A stretch of 64,000 nucleotides of DNA from an uncultured Gemmatimonadaceae bacterium (lineage in GTDB: Bacteria; Latescibacterota; UBA2968; UBA8231): assembly GCA_964512165.1 (NCBI GenBank), contig CAZEHQ010000003.1, positions 545-64,544 on the forward strand. The letters run 5' to 3'. Below the pieces are notes generated by a model. That model saw nothing but the letters and a program-made list of their open reading frames with translations. It did no database searches and was not told where the DNA came from. This document shows positions 10,217 to 19,821 of this stretch, piece by piece. Position 1 is the first letter of the stretch. Each line of letters begins with the position of its first letter. The position numbers and the translations under genes were made by a program.

Positions 10217-13200
10217 TGGCCCGCTTCGGAAACTTGCGGGGCTTCGGCCCGCGGAGGGCCCTCGTGGCGGCCGTCGTCGCCGCCGGCTCCCTCGGGCCGG
10301 CGCCCGCAGAGGCCCAGGAGACCGGGAGCTGGAGCTGGGGGCCGCGCACGGACATCGAGATCCCCGAGGTGCCGCGCATCCAGCCCGACCGGATGTTCCT
10401 CCGGCGGCCGTGGGAGCCCTACAGGAACTACGCCCACCGCGAGAGGATGTACACCAACTACCCGACGATCCTGTCGCCGTACCGGGACCCCAAGCGGTTC
10501 TACTACGGCCCCCTGGGCAACCGTCTGGCCTACGGGATCCCCGGCTACGACTGGGTGGAGACGCGGGGCCTGGGCCCCCAGGGACGGGGCAGCTCGTCGC
10601 AGGCGATCACCGGGAACCTCTACCACTATCCCGGCCGCGAGCAGACCACCTACCGGCGCTACTTCGAGGATGTGCTCACGGTCTCGGAGCAGACCGACAC
10701 CTGGTCGGGGAGCCTCACCATCGCCCAGGAGATGCGGGGGCGCTTCACGCCCCTGACCCTCAAGGTCAACGCCTTCCCCGGTTTCCGCCTCGACTGGGGT
10801 ACCGAGCGCACCGACATGTCGGCCCTGTTCATGACCTGGAGCACGGTGCGCATGGGCGCCCTCCACATGCAGCGCCGCGTCGGCCTCCTCGATTTCGGGC
10901 TGACCTACGTGAACGCCCACGAGAGCTTCAGCGACAGCTACGGCCACGCCTTCTCCCGCAAGGGCGTGCTGCGCCACAACCAGCCCTACCCGGAGATCAT
11001 CGCCGTCAAGTTCTCCGACGACTCGCCCGGGGACGGCCGCGGCGGACCCCATATCGTGGACCTGAACATCTACGTGAACGGGGTCCTGCGGAAGGACATC
11101 GTCCCCGACGTGATCGAGCAGATCGACGGGGTCACCCAGTCCTCCGTGGGCAAGCTCAGCGCCCAGGGCCTGGTGCGCAACGTCTACGCCGAGCTGTCGT
11201 CGGCCTTCACCTCCTCCGTGCCCACGGGGACCACGTACATGCGCTACCGCCACAACGAGGCGCCACTGTACATGGACTACCTGTTCTTCCGGGATCTCCG
11301 GCTGCACGATCCTGTCGACCCGGAGCGCGAGTTCACCACTTACGTCTGGCGCGACGTGGAGTTCCCCGTGGAGGAGCCGTGGCACCTGGCCGTCAACCTG
11401 CAGCCCGACGCATCCACCAGCCGCAACCACTACAAGGACAACGCCGCGGAGATCCTGGCCGAGCGGTTCACCGAGGAGGAGGTCGTGCGCATCCTCCTCC
11501 GCAACAATGCCCTGAACAACACCTACAGGCCCCTGGAGCAGTCCTTCCGCTGGCGCAGCGACGAGACGGGGCCCATCGAGGTCTCCGGCGACGACTTCGT
11601 CGTCTACTACTTCAACCTGGAGGGGCTGGGCTTCGTCCAGTCCGTCTCCTTCGATGCCCTGGTGGCCAACGACTACAAGGTCGAGGTGGGCACCGTGGCC
11701 CGGAAGAGAAGGTTCGACCTCGACGATCCGTTGGCCGCCATCGACGTTCCCTACACGGGCCGCTACGGGGCGCCGACGCTCTATCGCACCGTGAAGCGGG
11801 CGCCGGGCAACGTGCAGGACCGGTCCAACCTGCAGCGCATCAGCTTCGACATCGGCTCCGAGACGGGCATGGAGATCTTCGGCGCCGACTTCAGCACCAA
11901 CATCCTCGGCCTGAAGATCGACGGCGAGTACGCCCGCAGCCTGCACCACTTCCAGTACCCCGACGGCGTCGTCGGCCCCGATCCCACCACCCCCGTGCGC
12001 GCCGGCAAGCGCTTCGGCTCGAAGGGCGAGGCGTACTACCTCGTGGTGCGCAAGGAGCACGAGCGCTTCGACTGGGGCGCCGAGTACTTCCACATGGGGC
12101 CGAACTACAACACCGAGCTGCTGCTGCTGGGCACGCCTGCCGTGCCCCACTTCAACAGCACCCTGCGGCTCATGATGGTGGACGACAACGACGACGACGA
12201 CCGCTTCCCCGACGCCTGGTTCCAGCAGTACATCTCCGGTTTCGTCAACGAGGGGGTCGACGCCGACGGCGTCTTCCCGGGCAAGGATCTCGACGGCGAC
12301 GGCCGGCCGGACACCAACCGCAACGGCAACCGACTGCCCGACTATCTCGAGCCCTTCCTGATGTACGACGTGGAGTCGGACGACTACGTCTACGATCTCG
12401 ACATGAACAACAACGACCGTCCCGACAGCCGCGAGGACGATCCCGAGCCCGACTACCCCTACGCCGAGGACCTGGAGGGCTACCACGCCATCGGCACCTG
12501 GCGGCTGACGAACAACCTGGCCCTCTCCCTGGGGCGCCTCGACTCCCGCCAGGTCCACGGCGGCGGCGCCAATCTCATGAACTACGGCCGCCTGAGCTGG
12601 ACCGCCAGGCAGCCCCGCCTCGGCCAGCTCCACGTGGAGAACACCCTCAAGCGCGTCCGGGACTCCGTGCCCGACCGCGTCCTGGTCTCCTCCGACTTCT
12701 CGCGGGGGCCCTTCGGCAAGGTCCACCTCGCCGGCTTCGGGTACCAGCAGCAGTGGGACCTGAACCTGATCGAGGACGAGCTGAGGTACCGCAACAGCTG
12801 GGCCAACCGGTTCTTCGTGCAGGCGGACCTGAGCCCCCTGCGGGGCCTGAGGATGCACCACGACCTGCGTTTCGAGCTGAACCGCCAGCAGCGGGGTTTC
12901 CTGGACGACGGCACTCACCAGAGGAGCAACGAGATCCGCGCCCTGAGCTCGGTCCACCGCGCCGACTACACCTGGCGCCGGTTCAAGAACCGGCTGGAGA
13001 TCGGCCCGGCCTTCAAGCTGCTCTTCCTCAAGCGTACCCAGGAGACCGTGGACGTGCCGCTGGCGGACGAGACGACGGTGATCCCCATCTTCAAGGCCAG
13101 CTACCACGTGACCCCCAGGACCACCTTCCGCTTCGGCGTCCAGGGCCTGCCCTTCTGGAAGTACCGGCTGAAGGACAACGGCAACGACTGGAACAGCTTC

Positions 13201-13380
13201 GAGCAGAACGTCTACGTTCTGATGATGACCAACCGCTCCGACTACTTCGGCTACGAGATCGTGACCAATGCCGGCATAACCCTCGACAGCCGCACCTACG
13301 ACGACCCCTTCCGGGGGGCGGACAACACCGACATCATGGCCACCTTCGTGCAGATCGTGGCAGGAGCACCCCGGCTGTGA
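10216..13380 (+). CDS. Giant outer-membrane-type protein, paralog 3 of 3
   Basis: The GTG start overlaps the TAG stop of paralog 2 by 1 nt. Signal-like RRALVAAVVAAGSLGPAPAEAQE. Blocks: FTPLTLKVNAFPGFRLD, GPHIVDLNIYVNGVLR, VDDNDDDDRFPDAWF, VFPGKDLDGDGRPDTNRNGNRLPDYLEPF, DLDMNNNDRPDSREDDPEPDYPYAED. Confidence 0.8.
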   Translation: MARFGNLRGFGPRRALVAAVVAAGSLGPAPAEAQETGSWSWGPRTDIEIPEVPRIQPDRMFLRRPWEPYRNYAHRERMYTNYPTILSPYRDPKRFYYGPLGNRLAYGIPGYDWVETRGLGPQGRGSSSQAITGNLYHYPGREQTTYRRYFEDVLTVSEQTDTWSGSLTIAQEMRGRFTPLTLKVNAFPGFRLDWGTERTDMSALFMTWSTVRMGALHMQRRVGLLDFGLTYVNAHESFSDSYGHAFSRKGVLRHNQPYPEIIAVKFSDDSPGDGRGGPHIVDLNIYVNGVLRKDIVPDVIEQIDGVTQSSVGKLSAQGLVRNVYAELSSAFTSSVPTGTTYMRYRHNEAPLYMDYLFFRDLRLHDPVDPEREFTTYVWRDVEFPVEEPWHLAVNLQPDASTSRNHYKDNAAEILAERFTEEEVVRILLRNNALNNTYRPLEQSFRWRSDETGPIEVSGDDFVVYYFNLEGLGFVQSVSFDALVANDYKVEVGTVARKRRFDLDDPLAAIDVPYTGRYGAPTLYRTVKRAPGNVQDRSNLQRISFDIGSETGMEIFGADFSTNILGLKIDGEYARSLHHFQYPDGVVGPDPTTPVRAGKRFGSKGEAYYLVVRKEHERFDWGAEYFHMGPNYNTELLLLGTPAVPHFNSTLRLMMVDDNDDDDRFPDAWFQQYISGFVNEGVDADGVFPGKDLDGDGRPDTNRNGNRLPDYLEPFLMYDVESDDYVYDLDMNNNDRPDSREDDPEPDYPYAEDLEGYHAIGTWRLTNNLALSLGRLDSRQVHGGGANLMNYGRLSWTARQPRLGQLHVENTLKRVRDSVPDRVLVSSDFSRGPFGKVHLAGFGYQQQWDLNLIEDELRYRNSWANRFFVQADLSPLRGLRMHHDLRFELNRQQRGFLDDGTHQRSNEIRALSSVHRADYTWRRFKNRLEIGPAFKLLFLKRTQETVDVPLADETTVIPIFKASYHVTPRTTFRFGVQGLPFWKYRLKDNGNDWNSFEQNVYVLMMTNRSDYFGYEIVTNAGITLDSRTYDDPFRGADNTDIMATFVQIVAGAPRL

Positions 13381-13427
13381 GGCTGGCCGCACCCACGCAA
13401 CCCGATTCACCACGAGGTCGGACCGCC

Positions 13428-13970
13428 ATGAGGAACCTCATCCTGACCCTCGCCCTCTCCGGGGTCCTGCTGCCCTGCCGCGCCCACGCCGAGGAGGACA
13501 TCTTCGCCGCCCGCAAGACCGCCTCCCGCAAGGAGGCCGTGATCCTGTCGGCCCTGTTCCCGGGGCTGGGGCAGCTCTCCACCGGGCGCAAGGTGACGGG
13601 GACGATCCTCCTCGTCGCCGAGATCGGCTCCCTGGCCACGGTCCTGACGGCCAACGAGAACTACAACACCCGCCTCGACAACTTCGAGCGGCTGAAGTCG
13701 GAGTACGAGCAGATGGCGGCGGGCAACAGCTGGCACGACCTGGCCGAGCAGCGCTGGCAGGAGCTGACCGCCGAGGCCGACGACCTCGACAGCCTGCACA
13801 ACCTGCGCCGGGCCTACACGGCCGCCGCCGTGGGCATCTACGTCTACAACCTCGTCGACATCCTTCTCCTCAACCCTCCCGAGGCCGCGGCGGCCAGGTC
13901 CTGGAGCCTGCGCGCCGTGCCGGGTCTGGGGGAGGGCCCCGCCCGGCTGATGGTGACGGGGAGCTTCTGA
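13428..13970 (+). CDS. DUF5683-like small envelope protein
   Basis: ATG at 13428, in frame with ORF 10410..13970. Signal peptide MRNLILTLALSGVLLPCRAHA. The motif SALFPGLGQLSTGRK followed by a hydrophobic helix is as in DUF5683-type proteins. Confidence 0.6.
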   Translation: MRNLILTLALSGVLLPCRAHAEEDIFAARKTASRKEAVILSALFPGLGQLSTGRKVTGTILLVAEIGSLATVLTANENYNTRLDNFERLKSEYEQMAAGNSWHDLAEQRWQELTAEADDLDSLHNLRRAYTAAAVGIYVYNLVDILLLNPPEAAAARSWSLRAVPGLGEGPARLMVTGSF

Positions 13971-13989
13971 AACCTCTCGGAGATTGAGC

Positions 13990-14367
13990 ATGAGCAAGGC
14001 TCTGTGGCCGTTGCTGGCTATCCTGATCGTCTACATCTCGGCGTGCGGCGAGGAACACAGCCTCCCCTCGAAGTTCCACGACGGCCGGGTGGAGACCCCA
14101 GCCGACCTGGAGGCGAGGTTCGACGGGGACGACGTCGTCCTGGATTGGAGCGTCGCCGCGCCCGGGGAGATCCTCTACTACATCGTCACCATGGCGGAGG
14201 GCACCACCGGCGCCGAGCGGCAGTTCACAGCTCCCGGGGACAGCGCCTCGTACGCCCTGGTGGAGTTCGCCTGGACCGACTCCTTCTACGTCTTCCAGGT
14301 GCAGGCGGTGGACCATACCGACTTCGTGGGCCAGGCCTCCAACGTGGACACTCTCTTCGTCCCATGA
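13990..14367 (+). CDS. Lipoprotein with an FN3-like beta-sandwich
   Basis: GGAG lies 8 nt upstream of the ATG at 13990. Lipobox-like LAILIVYISAC. FN3-like pattern: DLEARFDGDDVVLDWSVA...YYIVTM...YVFQVQAVD. Confidence 0.6.
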   Translation: MSKALWPLLAILIVYISACGEEHSLPSKFHDGRVETPADLEARFDGDDVVLDWSVAAPGEILYYIVTMAEGTTGAERQFTAPGDSASYALVEFAWTDSFYVFQVQAVDHTDFVGQASNVDTLFVP

Positions 14368-15617
14368 TGCCAAGTCAGACACGGGGCCGCTTCGGAGCCC
14401 CCTCCGACGCGCTCAACCTGCGGCGGCTCCACCGCGAGAACCGCAAGGTCGCCTGGGTCTCCTACGCGCTGGCGGCGACCATGGCGGCCTCGGTCCTGGG
14501 CTACTTCATCGCCGTCAAGCGGGAGAAGCCGGCGGCCAAGCCTCTGGCGATGGAGTTCATCATCCGCAAGCCGCTGGCCAAGAAGTCCTTCCGCATGCGC
14601 AAGGCCCAGGTGCAGAAGCGCGTCATGACGAGGCGCGTCGTCGCCTCCAAGCCGAAGCTCGCCCACACCCCCCCGAGGGAGATCCGCCGCGCCGACGCCT
14701 TGGGCAACGTGGCGGTCTTCGCCCACCAGATCGACGCCGGCACGAGCGTCGGCACCGGCACCGTCACCCCCGAGATCGCCGCCGTCCAGATCCGCAGCTC
14801 CAAGGACCCGGAGAAGCGCATCAGCATGCAGGAGGAGTTCCTCGATCTCAACGCCCTCGACACCGGCAAGTACCGGGGCATGGTGATCCAGGACCCGACG
14901 GACCGCAGGAACATCCGCGGCTTCGTCTACCTCGCCCTGGCCTGGGGCAACGACCTGCAGCCCGACGCGCCGCGCTCGGTCTCGCGCCTCGCCGACGGCA
15001 TCAACTCCTACACGGGGATCCAGGCCAAGGTGGCCGACCACATGTTCCTCGACTCGCCGGAGCTGTTCAAGACTCCCTTCGTCTACATCACCGACAAGGA
15101 CGGCTTCGAGCTCACCGACAACGAGATCGAGAGCCTCGGCCGCTACATGCGCAGCGGCGGCTTCATCCTCGCCGACAACGACCGGCCGGACCTCAACTTC
15201 GGGCCCGCGGAAGCGTCGCTGCGGGCCATGTTCGGCCAGGCCCTCGGGCGCGACGGCCAGCTCGAGAGGATCCCCAACAGCCATCCCATCTTCAACAGCT
15301 TCTTCGACCTCGACGGCCCTCCCGTGGGGGGGGAGTACCTGAGCGTGCGGGGCAATCCCGACATCTTCTACCTCAACTCCGCCGAGGCCACCGACGTCTA
15401 CTACCAGCCGGACGAGGTGCAGTTCCTCGAGGGGGTCTTCCTCGACGGACGCCTGGTGGCGGTCTACTCCGACATGGGCTACGGCAGCATCTGGCAGGAC
15501 GAGTTCGAGAACGAGCCCCAACTGAGGATGGGGGTGAACCTCGTGGTCTTCGCCCTCACCCAGGAGGGCTCCATCGCGCAGCAGCAGATCGACTTCTACA
15601 CGCAGCTCACCGACTAA
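14364..15617 (+). CDS. Membrane-anchored DUF4159 domain protein with a Lys/Pro-rich linker
   Basis: ATGA start/stop overlap with the upstream gene. One TM segment (VAWVSYALAATMAASVLGYFIAV). A basic linker follows (KREKPAAKPLAMEFIIRKPLAKK...SKPKLAHTPP). DUF4159-like C-terminal domain: FVYITDKDGFELTDNEIESLGRYMRSGGFILADN...NLVVFALTQ. Confidence 0.7.
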   Translation: MMPSQTRGRFGAPSDALNLRRLHRENRKVAWVSYALAATMAASVLGYFIAVKREKPAAKPLAMEFIIRKPLAKKSFRMRKAQVQKRVMTRRVVASKPKLAHTPPREIRRADALGNVAVFAHQIDAGTSVGTGTVTPEIAAVQIRSSKDPEKRISMQEEFLDLNALDTGKYRGMVIQDPTDRRNIRGFVYLALAWGNDLQPDAPRSVSRLADGINSYTGIQAKVADHMFLDSPELFKTPFVYITDKDGFELTDNEIESLGRYMRSGGFILADNDRPDLNFGPAEASLRAMFGQALGRDGQLERIPNSHPIFNSFFDLDGPPVGGEYLSVRGNPDIFYLNSAEATDVYYQPDEVQFLEGVFLDGRLVAVYSDMGYGSIWQDEFENEPQLRMGVNLVVFALTQEGSIAQQQIDFYTQLTD

Positions 15618-15648
15618 GGCCGGCACGGGCGGCGAAGGAGCATTCGAG

Positions 15649-16377
15649 ATGTGGGAGATCATAAAGAGCGGCGGCCCCCTCATGGTCCCCCTCACCATCT
15701 GCGCGGTCCTGGCCGTGGCCTACACCATCGAGAGGCTCTGGGTCCTCGGCCACATACCGGCTCCCGGCCGCGCCAAGGAGGAGCTGGACCGGCTCGAGGC
15801 GTCCCTCCTCAACGGCGGCCGCGAGGCGGTGGTGGAGGAGTGCAACGAGGGCAAGGGCGTGCTCAACTTCATCTTCTCGTCGCTGCTGAGGCGCCACGAC
15901 ACCCTGCTCATCGAGCAGCGGGAGTTCCAGGAGACGAACCAGGAGATCGTCCGTCTCGCCGAGTCGGCGGGGGGAGGCGAGGTGGGCCGCTTCATGGTCA
16001 TGCAGAGAGAGCAGACCGACATGAAGGGCGAGCTGGTGATCGAGACGGAGGCGGCGGCGCGCACCTACCTGGCCCGGAACCTGCCCACGCTGTACACCAT
16101 CGGCAACATCAGCCCCCTCCTGGGCCTGCTGGGCACGATCATGGGCATGATCATCGCCTTCGAGTCGATCGCCGTGGCCGGCGCCGGGGACCCGAGGGTG
16201 GTGGCCGGGGGCATCTCCCAGGCCCTGGTGACGACCGCCTCGGGGCTGATCATCGCCATCCCCACGATCGTCGCCTACCGCTACCTGTCACGCCGCGCCG
16301 ACAAGGCCCTGGAGCAGGTCGAGGTCTACGGCCACGCCTTCGCCAACACCCTGCTCCTGTCCCGGCAGCCGGCCTAG
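15649..16377 (+). CDS. MotA/TolQ/ExbB-family proton channel
   Basis: GAAGGAG RBS upstream. N-terminal GGPLMVPLTICAVLAVAYTIERLW. Family core: GNISPLLGLLGTIMGMIIAF...ISQALVTTASGLIIAIPTIVAY. Confidence 0.9.
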   Translation: MWEIIKSGGPLMVPLTICAVLAVAYTIERLWVLGHIPAPGRAKEELDRLEASLLNGGREAVVEECNEGKGVLNFIFSSLLRRHDTLLIEQREFQETNQEIVRLAESAGGGEVGRFMVMQREQTDMKGELVIETEAAARTYLARNLPTLYTIGNISPLLGLLGTIMGMIIAFESIAVAGAGDPRVVAGGISQALVTTASGLIIAIPTIVAYRYLSRRADKALEQVEVYGHAFANTLLLSRQPA

Positions 16378-16398
16378 GGGGGCGTTCAGGAGGACGGC

Positions 16399-16815
16399 AT
16401 GGCCAGACACCGCGTAGAGCACATCCGCTCCGTCGCCGAGGAGGGGGAGCCCGACATGACCCCCCTCATCGACTGCGTCTTCCTGCTGCTGATCTTCTTC
16501 ATGGTCACCACCGTCTTCCTGCACACGAAGGGGCTGGACGTGGACCTGCCGGCCCCGAGCGAGGCCGAGGAGGAGCAGAAGAAGGACATCAACGTCATCC
16601 TGAGTGAGGAGGGGGCGATCGAGATCGGCGGCGAGTCGGTGGCTGCCGCCGACCTCGGGGCGCGGCTGACCACCGCCATGGAAGAGGCCAACAACGAGAA
16701 CATCATCGTCCAGGCCGACGAGGAGTGCGCCCAGAAGCACGTGGTCTACGTGGTGGACACGGCCAAGGGGGTCGGGGTGAAGGGGATCGCCCTCGTGCGG
16801 GTCGAGGAGGAGTAG
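16399..16815 (+). CDS. ExbD/TolR-family protein (copy 1)
   Basis: AGGAGG RBS. Signature EPDMTPLIDCVFLLLIFFMVTTVF. Periplasmic domain: IIVQADEECAQKHVVYVVDTAKGVG. Confidence 0.9.
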   Translation: MARHRVEHIRSVAEEGEPDMTPLIDCVFLLLIFFMVTTVFLHTKGLDVDLPAPSEAEEEQKKDINVILSEEGAIEIGGESVAAADLGARLTTAMEEANNENIIVQADEECAQKHVVYVVDTAKGVGVKGIALVRVEEE

Positions 16816-16818
16816 GGC

Positions 16819-17229
16819 ATGGCCAGGCAGCGGAGCACCGAGCGCGAGCCCGACTTCAACCTGACGCCGATGATCGACTGCGTCTTCCTGCTGTTGATCT
16901 TCTTCATGGTCACCACCGTCTTCAAGCAGCCCTACAGCCTGCAGCTGGAGCTGCCAGAGGCGCAGCAGGCGCAGCGGGTGCAGGAGAAGAAGCTGGTGAG
17001 CTCCATCACCGCCGACGGGCGCATGGAGATCAACCGCGAGCTGGTGAGCGCCGCCGACCTGGAGCAGGTGCTGCTGCGCCACAAGCAGGGGACGAGGAGC
17101 CTGACCCTGATCGTGCGCACCGACAGGGAGACCAAGCACAGGCACCTCCTGGACCTGATCGAGGTGGCCAAGCGCCTGCGCATCGAGAAGGTGGTCCTGG
17201 CCACCGAAGACGAGAAGGTCGAGCTCTGA
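16819..17229 (+). CDS. ExbD/TolR-family protein (copy 2)
   Basis: Starts 3 nt after copy 1. Signature EPDFNLTPMIDCVFLLLIFFMVTTVF. Periplasmic domain: LIVRTDRETKHRHLLDLIEVAKRL. Confidence 0.9.
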   Translation: MARQRSTEREPDFNLTPMIDCVFLLLIFFMVTTVFKQPYSLQLELPEAQQAQRVQEKKLVSSITADGRMEINRELVSAADLEQVLLRHKQGTRSLTLIVRTDRETKHRHLLDLIEVAKRLRIEKVVLATEDEKVEL

Positions 17230-17233
17230 TTCC

Positions 17234-18577
17234 ATGAACCTCCGCACCGCCCTTCTCGTCAGTCTCCTCTTCGTCCTCGTCCTCGGCGCCTTGCTCTGGT
17301 CCAACCGGCGGGAGGGGCAGAAGGAGGAGGCCGACGTCCTCTCCCGGGAGCTGCTGGTCTTCGACAAGAAGGAGGCGGACGAGCTCACCGTCGACGGCCC
17401 CAAGGGCCGGGTGGTCTGCCGCAAGGTGGGGGACCAGTGGAGGATCGTCGAGCCCGTGGAGGTCGACGCCAGCCGCGGCGCCGTGGAGACGGTGCTGGTC
17501 AACCTGGAGCGGGCGCGCCTGAAGAAGTACCTGCCCCTCGAGGACGTGGGTGACCGCGACGTCCTCGAGGAGTTCGGCCTCGACCCGCCTCACCTCATGG
17601 TGACCCTTCGCGTCAAGGGCAGCGTCCTCGACACCGTCCTCTACGGGGACAGCCCCATGGGCGTGTACGTCTACGTCAAGAAGACCTCCGAGGACCGCGT
17701 CGGCATGGTCGAGTTCTACCGGCGCACCGGAGTCGACCGGGGGCTCGCCCAGCTCCGCGAGAAGCGGGCCCTCAAGCTCGACTGGGACCAGGCCCGGGAC
17801 CTGCGCGTCGAGAGCGCCGGGGCCACCGTGGAGGTGGCGATGGCGGAGGACGGCTGGCGGATGACGAGCCCCCGGGAGACGAGGGGCGACGAGGAGGGGA
17901 TCGAGGAGGTCCTCAAGGGTCTGAGCGCGCCGGTGAAGGAGTTCGTCGACGACCGTCCCGCGAGCCTCGAGGAGTACGGCCTCGAGGCGCCGCGGATCCG
18001 CATCGAGGTGACAGGCTCCGACGGCGGGACCCATGGCCTGTGGATCGGCGGCGGCGCGGAGAACGGGTTCTACGCGAAGAGCCTCTCCCAGCCCTCGGTC
18101 TTCACCGTCGACTCCGCTCTCGTGGAGCGGCTCGACGAAGCCGCCTTCGGCCTGAGGTTCAAGCGTCTCCTCGCCTTCGAGAGGAAGGCCGTGGACCGCG
18201 TCGAGTTCGCCTACCCGGGCCGGACCGTCCTCTGCGTGCGGCAGGGACAGGCGTGGCTGGCGGTGCCCGACCAGCAGCCGGTGAACGGCCTCGAGCTCGA
18301 GGCCATCCTCTACACCATGGAGGAGCTGCGGGCGGAGGACTTCCTCGCCGGCGACGCCGGTTCCGCCGCCTACGGGCTCGAGCCGCCGCGGGCGCGGATC
18401 CGGGTGTGGGCCGCGGACCGGCTCGTGGGCGATCTGGCCCTCGGTCGGGTGCAGGGAGAGATGGTCTACGCGAAGGGCAGCGAGACCGACCTCGCCTGCC
18501 TCGTCGACAGGGAGACGGTCGGGCTCCTGGGGGTGGACCGGATCTTCAAGGAACAGGGCTCGAGCGGTGGCGGATGA
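17234..18577 (+). CDS. Membrane-anchored periplasmic protein, DUF4340-like
   Basis: N-terminal TM segment LLVSLLFVLVLGALLW. It is followed by repeated modules resembling DUF4340 (ELTVDGPKGRVVCRKVGDQWRIVEPVEVDA...). No Pro-rich spacer or TonB C-terminal motif was seen. Confidence 0.55.
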   Translation: MNLRTALLVSLLFVLVLGALLWSNRREGQKEEADVLSRELLVFDKKEADELTVDGPKGRVVCRKVGDQWRIVEPVEVDASRGAVETVLVNLERARLKKYLPLEDVGDRDVLEEFGLDPPHLMVTLRVKGSVLDTVLYGDSPMGVYVYVKKTSEDRVGMVEFYRRTGVDRGLAQLREKRALKLDWDQARDLRVESAGATVEVAMAEDGWRMTSPRETRGDEEGIEEVLKGLSAPVKEFVDDRPASLEEYGLEAPRIRIEVTGSDGGTHGLWIGGGAENGFYAKSLSQPSVFTVDSALVERLDEAAFGLRFKRLLAFERKAVDRVEFAYPGRTVLCVRQGQAWLAVPDQQPVNGLELEAILYTMEELRAEDFLAGDAGSAAYGLEPPRARIRVWAADRLVGDLALGRVQGEMVYAKGSETDLACLVDRETVGLLGVDRIFKEQGSSGGG

Positions 18578-19821
18578 AGCGCGTCCTCTGGCTCAAGTGG
18601 GGCGGCGCGGCCGTGGTGGCCGCCGGCCTCGGAGGGGGTCTGTACTACCACTTCGGCGTCGCCGAGCCCCGGCGGAACCGCGCCGAGGCCCAGGCCCTCT
18701 TCGAGGAGGGCAACGCCCGCCTGCACGAGGGGGAGACGGCCGCCGCCATCGAGGTCTACCAGCAGGCCTTGGACCGCGATCCCGCCTTCGTGCCCGCCTA
18801 CAACGGCCTGGGCATGGCCTACCGGGCCTCGGGAGACTCCCCGCGGGCCGAGGCGCTCCTGCAGCAGGCCCTGTCCATCGATTCCACCGTGGCGGAGACC
18901 TACAACAACCTGGCCATCGTCTACTCCGAGAGCGGCCGTGTGGCGCAGGCGGAGGCGGTCTACAGGAAAACCCTCGCCATCGACCCGAACTCCGCCGTGA
19001 CCTACTTCAACCTGGGCGCCTTCTACTCCCAGGTCGGGCGCTACGCCGACGCCTTGGAGGAGTACGGCAGGGCGTTGCAGCTGCGGCGCGGCCTCTACCA
19101 GGCGCACAACAACATGGCCCTGGCCAGCATCGCCCTCGGCCGGTCCTCGCAGGCGGTGCGGGAGCTGAAGCGCTCGATCGAGGTCAACCCCCGCCAGGGC
19201 CGGGCCTGGTACAACCTCGGCCTGGTCCACGAGGAGGAGGGCCGCTACGAGGAGGCGGCCGGCTGCTTCCGCACGGCCCTGGAGCACGAGCCCGGGGTGG
19301 CCGCCATCCACTACCACCTCGGCGTCGTCTACGAGGGGCTGCAGCGCGAGACCGAGGCCATGGAGAAGTACCGGGAGGCGATCTCCATCAAGCCGTCCCA
19401 CAGGGAGGCCCACTACCGCATGGGCCGGCTGCTGGCGGCGCGGGGCCGGCACGAAGAGGCGGAAGCCGGGTTGAGGAAGGCGATCGAGATCGATCCGGAG
19501 TACGCCGACGCCCGCTACAACCTGGGCCGTCTCTACATGAGGCAGGGCCGGACCGCCGAGGCGCAGCGGCAGATGGAGCTGTTCCGCCAGATGAGCGAGT
19601 ACGCCAAGGAGAGGGAGAACGTCAGCCGCATCCTGCGATACATGCCCGGCGACGCCAACTCCCGCTGGAAGCTGGGCCAGGTGCACGAGAAGCACGGTAA
19701 GCACGGCCGCGCCATCGAGGAGTACCGGAAGGCCCTGGCCATCCGTCCCGGCTTCGAGGAAGCCCGGCAGGCCCTCGAGTCGCTGCTCGAGGCGCGTTCC
19801 CGGGAGGAGGACCGCAGATGA
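18574..19821 (+). CDS. Membrane-anchored TPR repeat protein (415 aa)
   Basis: ATGA overlap with the upstream gene. TM segment WGGAAVVAAGLGGGLYY. About 10 consecutive TPR-like units, for example AIEVYQQALDRDPAFVPAYNGLGMAY and AEAVYRKTLAIDPNSAVTYFNLGAFY. Confidence 0.85.
   Translation: MKRVLWLKWGGAAVVAAGLGGGLYYHFGVAEPRRNRAEAQALFEEGNARLHEGETAAAIEVYQQALDRDPAFVPAYNGLGMAYRASGDSPRAEALLQQALSIDSTVAETYNNLAIVYSESGRVAQAEAVYRKTLAIDPNSAVTYFNLGAFYSQVGRYADALEEYGRALQLRRGLYQAHNNMALASIALGRSSQAVRELKRSIEVNPRQGRAWYNLGLVHEEEGRYEEAAGCFRTALEHEPGVAAIHYHLGVVYEGLQRETEAMEKYREAISIKPSHREAHYRMGRLLAARGRHEEAEAGLRKAIEIDPEYADARYNLGRLYMRQGRTAEAQRQMELFRQMSEYAKERENVSRILRYMPGDANSRWKLGQVHEKHGKHGRAIEEYRKALAIRPGFEEARQALESLLEARSREEDRR

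Noticed and set aside
17234-18577. The gene after exbD-exbD, considered as TonB.
   Set aside because: It has the N-terminal anchor but no Pro-rich spacer and no recognisable TonB C-terminal motif. Its repeated-module composition looks DUF4340-like. I kept it only as a positional analog.
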